Shown in pieces: positions 8,625-17,204 of a DNA stretch of 64,000 nt; position 1 is the stretch's first letter, and every line of letters starts with the position of its first letter. The DNA lies in the NCBI GenBank assembly GCA_963770895.1, contig CAVYRF010000002.1, forward strand, positions 2,400,001 through 2,464,000, given 5' to 3'. Both the position numbers and the translations under genes were made by a program. This DNA is from an uncultured Acidobacteriota bacterium (GTDB taxonomy: Bacteria > Acidobacteriota > Thermoanaerobaculia > Multivoradales > UBA5704). The notes under the pieces are model-generated. The model saw only the letters and a list, made by a program, of their open reading frames with translations, did not search any database and was not told the DNA's origin.

Positions 8625-9560
8625 ATGAACGCTCTGGCATCTGCTTCCGCGCTGCCGTCCCTTCCCCGGTTCCCGCGCCTGGATCGCGTCAGCGATCTCC
8701 TCGGCTCGCTTGGCTCTGCGGACGCCGCCTTGTCACCCGGCACGATGGAATCCATCGGTGCGGCCGAGCAGGTCGGCGTCGGTGCTCCCCTGCATGCGCC
8801 CGCATCCGCGCCCACGATCGTGCGCCGCAAGGCGGTGGTTCGGCCGCGGCGTGCGCTGTGGTGGGCCGGTGCCGGCAGGCGGACGGCGGGGGGGCTGCCG
8901 TATCGGCCGTGCGGCGGCTGCCAGCGCGCCGGAGCGTGGTGCGCGGCGGGAATGCCGGTCGCCGCGGCGGACCTGACGGCTTTCTCTGCGGCGTCCGGGG
9001 GTTGGGCCCTGCCGGGCCAGATCGCAATCGGCAGCATGGCGGATCCCTACCCGGCCGAAGAGCGGACCGCGTTCAAGACCCGCGGCCTGCTGGCGGCGTT
9101 GGCTCAGGCCCCCGGCACGCGCGGGCTGCACATCTCGCTCTTCACCCGCTCCCCGCTCCTGCTGCGGGATCTCGATCTCCTGATGGAGCTGGACCAGCAC
9201 CACGCGGTCACGGTCGGCGTGCTGCTTCCCGCCGTGGATCCGGCGTTGCGCCGGCGGTTGGAGCCCCACTCACCTGGCGATGCGATGCCACCGGAAGAGC
9301 TGATCCGCACCCTGTCCGCCGAGGGCATCGCCGTGCGGGTGATCTGCAGCCCCATCCAGGCAGGACTGAACAATGCGGCCGCGCCGCTGCGGCGCCTCTT
9401 CGCCTTTGCCCACCAGGCCGGCGCCATCGACGTTCTCGCCGCCCCGCGCCACCCGACCGACGCCCCCACTCCAGCCGAATCGCAGGGCCTGCTGGCACTC
9501 TTCGATCGCCTCCGCCTCCAGCACGGATTCCCAAATCAAGGAGGCCCCGGCCGCGGTTAA
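8625..9560 (+). CDS. Rv2578c/PA0069-like (SplB-related) radical-SAM family protein with degenerate cluster motif
   Basis: IAIGS.ADPY.AEER....TR.LL, ISLFTRSPLLLRDLDLL, D..L.RRLEP; CxxxCxxC position reads CQRAGAWC. Confidence 0.72.
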   Translation: MNALASASALPSLPRFPRLDRVSDLLGSLGSADAALSPGTMESIGAAEQVGVGAPLHAPASAPTIVRRKAVVRPRRALWWAGAGRRTAGGLPYRPCGGCQRAGAWCAAGMPVAAADLTAFSAASGGWALPGQIAIGSMADPYPAEERTAFKTRGLLAALAQAPGTRGLHISLFTRSPLLLRDLDLLMELDQHHAVTVGVLLPAVDPALRRRLEPHSPGDAMPPEELIRTLSAEGIAVRVICSPIQAGLNNAAAPLRRLFAFAHQAGAIDVLAAPRHPTDAPTPAESQGLLALFDRLRLQHGFPNQGGPGRG

Positions 9561-9683
9561 GACCCCCATAGCTTCCCCCCATCCCTGGCTGTCCGATAGC
9601 GGCCTGCCGTGCGGGGATAAAGGGTGGCCAGTGTGGCGGTCGGCCACTCCGCGTCGCTAGCAAGGAGCTGCGCCTTCATCGAA

Positions 9684-10505
9684 TCAGCGCTGGCAGTGGG
9701 GACAGTAGAAGGTGCTGCGGCCCGACTGAAGGAGGCGGCGGATGGGGGTCGTGCAGCGGGGACAGGGCAGGCCTTCGCGGCCGTAGGCGGCAAGGGAGAC
9801 TTGAAAATAGCCGCTGCGGCCTTCGCCGTCGGCGAAGTCGTTGAGGGTGGTACCGCCCTCGGTGATGGCGTGCTCCAGAACGGCGACTGCCGACTCGGCC
9901 AGGCGATTCCAGGTGGGCGAGGCGATACGGCCCACGGAACGGGTGGGGTGAACTCGGGCGGCAAACAGGGTTTCGGTGGCGTAGATGTTGCCAATGCCCA
10001 CGACGATGCGGGCGTCCATCAGAAAGGCCTTCACCGGTCCGCGCCGTCCGCTTGCCGCCTGTCTCAGTATGTCGCCCGAAAAGCCGCGATCCAGAGGCTC
10101 GACGCCCAGGTCCGCAAAGTGCGGATCGATTGTCAGGGCGGACGTCGGCACGCGCAGCACCAGGCCGAAGCGCCGCGGATCGCGCAGCCGCAGCCGGCGT
10201 CCCGACTGTAGCTGGAACGACACGTGCTCGTGCGGCTCGAGGGGCTCGCCGGCCGGCACCAGGGTGAGGCGACCGCTCATGCCCAGGTGGATCGCCACCG
10301 TCGAGCCGCCCGTAACGTCGATGAGCAGGTACTTGGACCGCCGCCGCAGCGCCTGGATGCGCTCCCCGACCACTCGCCCCAGATCGCGCGTCTTGACCCG
10401 TTCGCGCAGGCCAGTGTGATGCACCGTGATCCCCGCGATCACGTCCCCCGGCAGCAGCGGCTGCAAGCTCCGCCGCAACACCTCGATCTCAGGCAACTCA
10501 GGCAT
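9684..10505 (-). CDS. mutM: Formamidopyrimidine-DNA glycosylase (Fpg)
   Basis: MPELPE, RR.KYL, HLGMSG, DPRRFG, GIGNIYA.E, CPRC...RSTFYCPHCQ zinc finger. Confidence 0.97.
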   Translation of the reverse strand: MPELPEIEVLRRSLQPLLPGDVIAGITVHHTGLRERVKTRDLGRVVGERIQALRRRSKYLLIDVTGGSTVAIHLGMSGRLTLVPAGEPLEPHEHVSFQLQSGRRLRLRDPRRFGLVLRVPTSALTIDPHFADLGVEPLDRGFSGDILRQAASGRRGPVKAFLMDARIVVGIGNIYATETLFAARVHPTRSVGRIASPTWNRLAESAVAVLEHAITEGGTTLNDFADGEGRSGYFQVSLAAYGREGLPCPRCTTPIRRLLQSGRSTFYCPHCQR

Positions 10506-10751
10506 CCCGGCATTCTACCGGGGACCCGATCGATTCAATAAAATGGATCGCCTGGGGCCGTGAGGCCTCCCCCGCCTCGGGTCACCGCTGCGAGCCGTTC
10601 CCACCTCCGGCGATTCGGCTCCTGAACGAATGACACCAGCGCGCTCACCCAGTGTGCCAGCCGCTGGTGGGTGGTGGGAGATCCCCCTGCCCCTGCTGGC
10701 GGGGCGGTGGACTGGCGGGGTGGCTGGTGGATCCGCTGTTACAATCGCCGG

Positions 10752-11453
10752 ATGTCTGTCGTGCCGGGTGCTCCCAGGCAGATTCTGATCGAGCCGGAGG
10801 CGGTGCTGGATCCGCTGCGGACCAGCTCGGGGCGGAAGCCTTGCATTCTGGGGGTGGCGGGCGGGACGGGCGCGGGGAAGAGCACGATCGTGCGCTCGAT
10901 TCTGGACGCCGCGGGGCCTGACCGGGTGGAGTTCATCGAGCACGACAGCTACTACCGCGATATCGCCTGGCGCAGCGAAGGCGACCTGCTGCTGTACAAC
11001 TTCGATCACCCTTCGGCGCTGGACACGTCGCTCCTGGTGGCGCACCTGGCGGCGCTCAAGGCCGGCCATCCGGTCGAGGTGCCGGTCTATGACTTTGTGC
11101 GCCACCGCCGGACGCAGCGCAGCCGCCGCGTGCGGCCGTTGCCGGTGGTGATTTTGGAGGGCATCTTGATCTTCGTCGAACCGGACCTGCGGGAGCTGCT
11201 CGACCTGAAGATCTTTGTCGACACCGACGCGGACGTGCGGCTGATCCGCCGGCTGGGCCGCGACATGGCGGAACGGGGCCGCAGCGTGCAGGACGTGCTG
11301 CGCCAGTACCTGCAGACGGTGCGGCCCATGCACCTGGAGTTCGTGGAGCCGTCGAAGCGCTGGGCGGACGTGATCATCCCCGCCGGCGGCGACAACCAGG
11401 TGGCGCTGGACATGGTTCTGGCGCGGGTGGAAAAGCTGCTGGAGGGGGCCTGA
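10752..11453 (+). CDS. udk: Uridine kinase
   Basis: GVAGGTGAGKST Walker A, DSYY, NFDHP.A.D, P.YDF..H.R, EGI, RR..RD..ERGR, FVEPSKR.AD.IIP. Confidence 0.95.
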   Translation: MSVVPGAPRQILIEPEAVLDPLRTSSGRKPCILGVAGGTGAGKSTIVRSILDAAGPDRVEFIEHDSYYRDIAWRSEGDLLLYNFDHPSALDTSLLVAHLAALKAGHPVEVPVYDFVRHRRTQRSRRVRPLPVVILEGILIFVEPDLRELLDLKIFVDTDADVRLIRRLGRDMAERGRSVQDVLRQYLQTVRPMHLEFVEPSKRWADVIIPAGGDNQVALDMVLARVEKLLEGA

Positions 11454-11455
11454 CC

Positions 11456-11836
11456 ATGGCCTACCTGGTGCGCGTGCGCTCCCGCTTCGAGGCGGCGCAC
11501 CACCTGACCTCGTACCACGGCGCCGCCGAGCCGGTGCACGGTCATTCCTGGCAGGTCGAAGCGGTGCTGGCGGCGGCGGAGCTGGATGCCGAGGGGATGG
11601 CCTGCGATTTTGTCATGGTGCGGGCGGCGCTTGCGGCCCTGGCCGCATCGCTGGACCATCGCGACCTCAACGGGATTCCGCCGTTCGACCGGCTCAGCCC
11701 GACGACCGAACGGCTGGCCCGCTGGTTTTTTGACAGCCTGGCGGAGCCGCTGGCGGCGGCGCCCGCCAAGTTGCTGGAAGTTTCCGTCTGGGAGGGCCCG
11801 GATTGCTCGGCAACCTATCGTCCGCCGGCGCCTTGA
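11456..11836 (+). CDS. 6-pyruvoyl-tetrahydropterin synthase / 6-carboxytetrahydropterin synthase (QueD-like) family protein, PTPS-III-type motif
   Basis: FEAAH, EPVHGHSW, LDH..LN, PTTE.LA, VWE motifs; no Cys before HGH. Confidence 0.88.
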   Translation: MAYLVRVRSRFEAAHHLTSYHGAAEPVHGHSWQVEAVLAAAELDAEGMACDFVMVRAALAALAASLDHRDLNGIPPFDRLSPTTERLARWFFDSLAEPLAAAPAKLLEVSVWEGPDCSATYRPPAP

Positions 11837-11862
11837 CACCAGGCTCGGCCCCTGACTATGGT
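11833..11862 (+). promoter_or_regulatory. Sigma70-type promoter
   Basis: TTGACA (11833-11838), 18 nt, TATGGT (11857-11862), 9 nt before ATG 11872. Confidence 0.55.
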
Positions 11863-11871
11863 CTTTCCCTC

Positions 11872-12795
11872 ATGATGAAAAGAACCTTTGCGCTCTCTCT
11901 CGTCGCCGCCCTGGCCTGCGTCCTGGGCTGTAAGCACGAGGCGCCGGCCATCGGCCGCCTCGACATCCAGCCGCATACCGTGTCGCTCGGCTACCCCGAG
12001 CTGACCATGGCGCACGTCACGTTTTCGCCGTCCGGCGGGCCCGACGCCGAGGCGCTGGCGCCCGCCGACGGCTCGCGGGCGTTGCTCTTTGTGCACCTGC
12101 TGGATGCCCAGGGTGCGGTGTTGCGCACCTTCGATCGGCCGCTGCGCCGCAGCGAAGACGTCAGGCTCTACCAGTCGGCTCTGGCGCCGCCGCTCGATCC
12201 CGGCAAGTACCGCTTGAGCGTCGGCATCTACGACCATAACGGCAAGCGCTATCCGCTCGAAGGCCTCGGCAAGCCGATCGGCCGCAGCGAATACGTGGCG
12301 GCCGAGATCGACGTGCCGCCCCAGGCGGCCGGTCCGCGCTTTTCCTTCTCCTCGGCGTGGGAGCCGATCGAAGCCGGCACCGACAAGCAGGTGGTGGCTC
12401 GCCGCTGGCTGGCGGACCAGCCGGGGGAGGTCCACGTGGATGCCATCCCCGGAGCGGGAAGCCTGTGGCTGCGGTTCCGCATCCCAGCCGGCAACGCCGC
12501 CGGCGAAAAGCTGGTGCTGCACGATCCCGCCGCCAACAGCCCCGCCGTGGTGGTCGGCGGCACCTGCGGCACCGTCGAAGCCAGCTTTTCGGGGCCGGGT
12601 TATCACGCGGTCGAGATCCCGGTCGACGCCGCGACGGCACAGAAGGGCTGCCTGATCTCGTTGGCGCCCAACTTCCACGTCATTTCGACCAACCGCCCCG
12701 AGCTGCGTTCGCTGACCCTGGACGTCGCGGCATGGATCCCCGCCGGCTCACGCGCCGCCTCAGCCAGCCCCGACGGCGACAAGAACGAACCTTAG
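11872..12795 (+). CDS. Hypothetical lipoprotein, beta-rich
   Basis: MMKRTFALSLVAALACVLGC signal with lipobox VLGC; LFVHLLD..G......D and PG.YRL.VGIYD pattern of an Ig-like sandwich. Confidence 0.7.
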   Translation: MMKRTFALSLVAALACVLGCKHEAPAIGRLDIQPHTVSLGYPELTMAHVTFSPSGGPDAEALAPADGSRALLFVHLLDAQGAVLRTFDRPLRRSEDVRLYQSALAPPLDPGKYRLSVGIYDHNGKRYPLEGLGKPIGRSEYVAAEIDVPPQAAGPRFSFSSAWEPIEAGTDKQVVARRWLADQPGEVHVDAIPGAGSLWLRFRIPAGNAAGEKLVLHDPAANSPAVVVGGTCGTVEASFSGPGYHAVEIPVDAATAQKGCLISLAPNFHVISTNRPELRSLTLDVAAWIPAGSRAASASPDGDKNEP

Positions 12796-13497
12796 ATGAA
12801 ACAAGGCATCGGCAAGATCCTCCGCCCCGGCCAGGAGGTATACCTGGAACGCCTGCTGCCGCCGCGTTCGGCGATCCTGGCCGAGATGGAGGAGCGGGCG
12901 CGCCAGGGCGACGTGCCGGTCTCGGACCCTGAAACGGGGCGCCTGCTGACCATCCTTGCCCGCTCGACCGGCGCCCGCCGTATCCTGGAGATCGGCACTG
13001 CCATCGGCTACGGCGTCCTCTGCCTGGCGAGCGGCGCCCCCGACGCCCACATCGTCTCGATCGACGTGGATGCCGAGCGCCTGGCCACGGCTCGCGCCTA
13101 CCTGGAGCGCGCCGGCGTCGCCGAGCGCGTGGAGCTGCTGCAGGGCGCGGCGCTGGACTTGCTGCCGCGCCTGGAAGGCCCCTTCGACCTGGTGTACATC
13201 GATGCGGTCAAGCGCGAGTATCGGCGCTACCTGGACCTGGTCCTGCCGCGCCTGCGCGTCGGCGGCATGATCGTCGCCGACAACCTGCTGTGGCGGGGCG
13301 AGGTCGCCGAGCCCTCCGACTCCGACTCCGACCCCGATGACCCTGAGGAGCGGGCGCAGGCTGACGCTCTGCGCGCCTTCAACGGCTACCTGATGATGCA
13401 CCCGCAGCTGCAGGCGCTGGTCCTGAGCCTGGGCGACGGCGTCGGCATCGCCACCAAGACCCGCCCCCTGCGCAGCGAGATCGACGGGCCGTTCTAA
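12796..13497 (+). CDS. O-methyltransferase (Methyltransf_3; caffeoyl-CoA/YrrM-like)
   Basis: ILEIGTAIGYG, FDLVYIDA.K..Y, L..GG.IVADN.LW.G. Confidence 0.9.
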   Translation: MKQGIGKILRPGQEVYLERLLPPRSAILAEMEERARQGDVPVSDPETGRLLTILARSTGARRILEIGTAIGYGVLCLASGAPDAHIVSIDVDAERLATARAYLERAGVAERVELLQGAALDLLPRLEGPFDLVYIDAVKREYRRYLDLVLPRLRVGGMIVADNLLWRGEVAEPSDSDSDPDDPEERAQADALRAFNGYLMMHPQLQALVLSLGDGVGIATKTRPLRSEIDGPF

Positions 13498-13578
13498 ATC
13501 CAGCGCCGGATCGCTGGCTGGCGGACGGCACCCACCTTTCCGCGGAAACGTTCTGCCGGCTGGCCGCGATTCGGCACG

Positions 13579-16335
13579 CTACACCGCCAGCTTGCGGCGG
13601 GCCTCGGTCAGCATCTGCTTGAGCTCCAGGGCGCTGGCGGGGCGCCGGGCTACCGTGCGGTGCAGGGCGCGGCGGAAAAAATCGGCCAGAGCGGAGTCGT
13701 ACTCGGGGCAGACCTGGGCGAAGTCGGGCACCCGGCCCAGGCGGATGCGGGTGGTGATCTGGCGGACGTCGCCGCCGGTGAACACCTTGCGGCCCAGCAG
13801 GCATTCGTACAGGACGATCGCCAGGCTCCACAGGTCGAACGAAGCGTCGGCGCGCTGGCCGTTGAGCGCCTCGGGGGAGAGGTACGACAGGGTGCCGGCA
13901 AACTGCCGCGACAGGTCGAGCGAAGTGGCGGTCTGGTCCAGGATGGAAGTCGGCCGCAGAAACGACGAAGCGTCGTCGTCGGGCGTGCCGACGTCCTCCA
14001 CCCTGCCGTCGCGGCGCAGGTCGAACATGACGCGGGCGATGCCGAAGTCCATCAGCTTGGGCATGCCGTCGCGGTTGAAGCCGATGTTGCTGGGCTTGAC
14101 GTCGCGGTGCAGGATGTCGGCGGAATGCAGGTGCGCCAGTGCTTCGGCAATGGCGATGCCCAAGTCCAGCGTGGCCGCCGGCGTCAGACGCTGGCGTTCG
14201 ATGCGATCCGCCAGCGTGCCGCCGTCGAGCAGCTCCAGGATGAGCATGGGCGTGCCCTGCCAGGTCTCGATGCCGTAGATCGACGCCAGGTGGGGGTGGG
14301 ATACCGCCGCCGCCGTGCGCGCCTCCCGCCGCAGCCGCATCGCATCGTCGGGTGAAACGCGGCGCAGGGTCTTGACCGCCACCGGCCTGCCCAGGGCGAG
14401 GTCGGCGCCGCCGTAGACGACCCCCATGCCGCCGGCGCCGATGCGCCGCTCGAAGCGGAACCTGCCGGGCAGCACGAAGGGCACGTGGGCGGCGTCGAGC
14501 CGCCGGCTGCAGGTGCCGCAAAACACCGTGTAGGGCTGGTACAGGGTGCCGCAGGCCATGCACTCCTTGGCCACCTCGGTGACCGGCAGCGGTTCGGACG
14601 GCAGCAGGGTCTCCAGCGCCGGGATGCGCGTGCCGCTGGTGCGCGGTGTCGCGGTGCGGCTGTGATCCAGCTCCAGCACCCAGGCGGCGCTGCTGGCGAT
14701 GGCGTGCAGCAGCTGGCGGTCTTCTTTCAGGAAGGGCAGGCCGCTCTTCCTGTCGCCCAGGCACATGATCCCCAGCAGCGACCCGTCGCGGGCGAGGATC
14801 GGCACCAACAGGCGGAAGCGGCTTTCCGTCAGCCACTGGCGGTCCTTTTCGGGCAGGCGGACGACCGGCGACCGCGGGTCCGCCAGGTCGACGGTCAAGG
14901 GCTCCGAGCCGCTCGACACCAGGACCGCCAGCGGCGACGAGCCGTCCAGGCGTCGCGTCCGGTCGTTGGGGTCCTTGAGCATGCCGGTGCGCGGCTCGAG
15001 GATGAGCATGGTGCTGCCGGCCAGGTGCAGCGCGAAGTCGACCTCGCGGCTGATCACCTTGGCCAGGTCGGCCCCCTCGCGGATGGCTCGCACCCGCTCG
15101 ATCAGCATGCTCAGGATCCGGCGCGCGTCGTACTGCTCGCGGAAAAAGCGCCGGTCGATCCAGTCGAGCAGCCCATCGCGATAGGACAGCGCCGCCATCC
15201 CCAGCGCTGCGACCGCCAGCAGCACCACCGGCGCCTGGCTGGCCGAAAACAGCTCGGACAGCGACCGGCCGCGATTCTCATAGAAATAGAGCACCACCAC
15301 GGCGAGCGGCACCGTGGCCAAAGCCACCACCGAGCCGCGGGCGAGCGCATATTGCAGCGCCCGCCGCGCCGTCAGGCGGACGTCGAGAACGCGCTGCACC
15401 AGGACCAGGTAGATGGTCGACAGCGGGATACCCAGCGCGAACAGGCTGGCGGTGATGGTCAGCGGCCGGCTGACCTCGGGATGCTGCTGCATGTACGGCA
15501 GGTAGCCGCGGATCACCACGGCGCACAGCCAGTAGGCGGTGACCGGCGCCAGGCCGAGCAGCAGGGAGTTGACGAAAACCCGCGCTCGCCGCCGCCCCTC
15601 GCCCGTCGCCAGGCGCGCCTTGTAGGCGAGGACCGGCAGCGCCAGCGCGATCAGCAGGTATTCGATGGCGCCGAACAGGCTGTTGAGGGGCTTTTCGGGC
15701 AGGGCCCGCAACGCTTCGGCGGCGCCGTTCGCGACGCTTGCGGTGACCGCGCCACTCGCGGCGCTCGCAGTGCTCGCGGTGATCGCGGGGTTGCCGCCGG
15801 CTGCCGGCGAGGACGCCTGGCCGGCGATCGCCAGCAGCACGGCGTTGACCAGGTAGAAGGTGAGCAGCGCCAGCGCGGCAAGGCCCGACGTGCGCAGTCC
15901 CAGGTCGACCAGGCGCCGCAGTCGCATGGTGGTGGGAGGCTGCGGAAAATCGTGGACGAATTTCCACAGGAAGAGCGGCATCAAGATGTCGAGCCGCATG
16001 CTGTCAAAGCTGTAGCCGACGTCGGCCAGCGCCCCACTGCCGTGCAGGATGAGCTGCGCCGTCAGAGGGTCGCAGAAGCCGTCGGCCATGAACAGGAAGA
16101 ACCCGCCGAGCCAGACGGCGCGCGCATCGCTGTGGCCGGCGACCACCAGGAAGATGGCGGCGATGCCGTAGGCGGCCAGTTGCAGGTAGTCGAACGGCGC
16201 CGGCGGTCCGAAGGGGTGATCCGCGGGCAGCGCCCTATGCAGCAGCGAGAACGCGGCGACGACGGCTCCCAGCTTGACGCAGCCGAACAGCAGGGCGATG
16301 CGGGTCCAGGCTGGTATGCGTAAGGCCGTCGGCAT
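13579..16335 (-). CDS. Membrane-anchored Hanks-type Ser/Thr protein kinase (multi-TM, GAF-like, zinc ribbon, kinase)
   Basis: GAGGMG.V, VAVK, HRDVKPSN, DFG, GT..YLSPE, D.WSL; several hydrophobic helices; IDRRFFREQYD; CMAC...CGTC. Confidence 0.92.
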   Translation of the reverse strand: MPTALRIPAWTRIALLFGCVKLGAVVAAFSLLHRALPADHPFGPPAPFDYLQLAAYGIAAIFLVVAGHSDARAVWLGGFFLFMADGFCDPLTAQLILHGSGALADVGYSFDSMRLDILMPLFLWKFVHDFPQPPTTMRLRRLVDLGLRTSGLAALALLTFYLVNAVLLAIAGQASSPAAGGNPAITASTASAASGAVTASVANGAAEALRALPEKPLNSLFGAIEYLLIALALPVLAYKARLATGEGRRRARVFVNSLLLGLAPVTAYWLCAVVIRGYLPYMQQHPEVSRPLTITASLFALGIPLSTIYLVLVQRVLDVRLTARRALQYALARGSVVALATVPLAVVVLYFYENRGRSLSELFSASQAPVVLLAVAALGMAALSYRDGLLDWIDRRFFREQYDARRILSMLIERVRAIREGADLAKVISREVDFALHLAGSTMLILEPRTGMLKDPNDRTRRLDGSSPLAVLVSSGSEPLTVDLADPRSPVVRLPEKDRQWLTESRFRLLVPILARDGSLLGIMCLGDRKSGLPFLKEDRQLLHAIASSAAWVLELDHSRTATPRTSGTRIPALETLLPSEPLPVTEVAKECMACGTLYQPYTVFCGTCSRRLDAAHVPFVLPGRFRFERRIGAGGMGVVYGGADLALGRPVAVKTLRRVSPDDAMRLRREARTAAAVSHPHLASIYGIETWQGTPMLILELLDGGTLADRIERQRLTPAATLDLGIAIAEALAHLHSADILHRDVKPSNIGFNRDGMPKLMDFGIARVMFDLRRDGRVEDVGTPDDDASSFLRPTSILDQTATSLDLSRQFAGTLSYLSPEALNGQRADASFDLWSLAIVLYECLLGRKVFTGGDVRQITTRIRLGRVPDFAQVCPEYDSALADFFRRALHRTVARRPASALELKQMLTEARRKLAV

Positions 16336-16424
16336 GTTCCCCTCGCCGGATCTCCCGCTCGGGGCCCCTGAGGAGACTACACATCATAGGTATTGCAGGA
16401 TCACTTCGCGTTGCGAGGGGTGAA

Positions 16425-16453
16425 AGTTTAGGCCCGCCAGAGCAGGCGGTCAA
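16425..16453 (-). promoter_or_regulatory. Sigma70-type promoter of the kinase gene
   Basis: Minus strand TTGACC, 17 nt, TAAACT. Confidence 0.6.
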
Positions 16454-16541
16454 GCGGGAATTGCAATCGGGAGGGAAGGAAGTGCCCGCGGACGCCGGCC
16501 GGCTGGGGGTCGCCGGCCGGCGCCGCGCAGGGGAGCTGCGA

Positions 16542-17144
16542 TCAGTACTTGACGCTGCAGCCGTAGGGCTTGGTGGATGCAGGGTCGGGCTTGGCGCCGC
16601 TCTTTTCGGCGTTCAGGCCGTTGCCGACGTAGCTGACCCGCTCGGCCTTGGCCTTGCGCCCGCTGGGGTCGTCGTCGATCGCGCCGTTGTAGGCGATCTT
16701 GCCCGAGGCGTCGATGATGTACATGTGGGGCGTGGTCTTGGCGCCGTACGAGTGGCCGACCGTGCCCGATTCGTCATAGAGCACGGGGTAGGCGATGCCG
16801 TTCTGCTGCAGGTAGGTCTTGTATTCGGCGGCCGGCTCGAAGTCGCCGCTGCTGGCGTTGGTGCTGTTGATGCCCAGCCACACCGCGTCGCCATGCTGCC
16901 TGGCCAGCTCGGTCATGGTCTTTTCGCGCGCGTGGCGGTCGGAGAAGGGGCACTTGGGGTTCACCCATTCCAGCACCACGACCTTGCCCTTGAACTGGTC
17001 GAGGGAGTAGGTCTTGCCGTCCACGCCCTTGAGGTGAAAGTCGGGTGCCGCGGTTCCCACCTCGCCGGTGGCGAAAGCCGCGGTGGCGGCCAGCAGCAGG
17101 AGTGCGGCGGCGGATGCGGCCGCGGTGAGAAGACGATTGCGCAT
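16542..17144 (-). CDS. Exported thioredoxin-like/AhpC-TSA redoxin
   Basis: Signal peptide, APDF.L...DGK..SL..FKGKVVVLEW.NP.CPF, YGAKTTPH, YGCSVKY; SD AGGAGG. Confidence 0.9.
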   Translation of the reverse strand: MRNRLLTAAASAAALLLLAATAAFATGEVGTAAPDFHLKGVDGKTYSLDQFKGKVVVLEWVNPKCPFSDRHAREKTMTELARQHGDAVWLGINSTNASSGDFEPAAEYKTYLQQNGIAYPVLYDESGTVGHSYGAKTTPHMYIIDASGKIAYNGAIDDDPSGRKAKAERVSYVGNGLNAEKSGAKPDPASTKPYGCSVKY

Positions 17145-17204
17145 GCGTTACCTCCTATCGATCGGGTTGCGGGTGATGTCGGTGCCTGGGGCCGGTCGCA
17201 GCGG

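Noticed and set aside
10545-10690. Assignment of the structured stretch to 5S rRNA, SRP RNA, 6S RNA or tmRNA
   Set aside because: Only superficial word matches; lacks the SRP GGAA-loop helix, tmRNA termini and 5S conserved blocks
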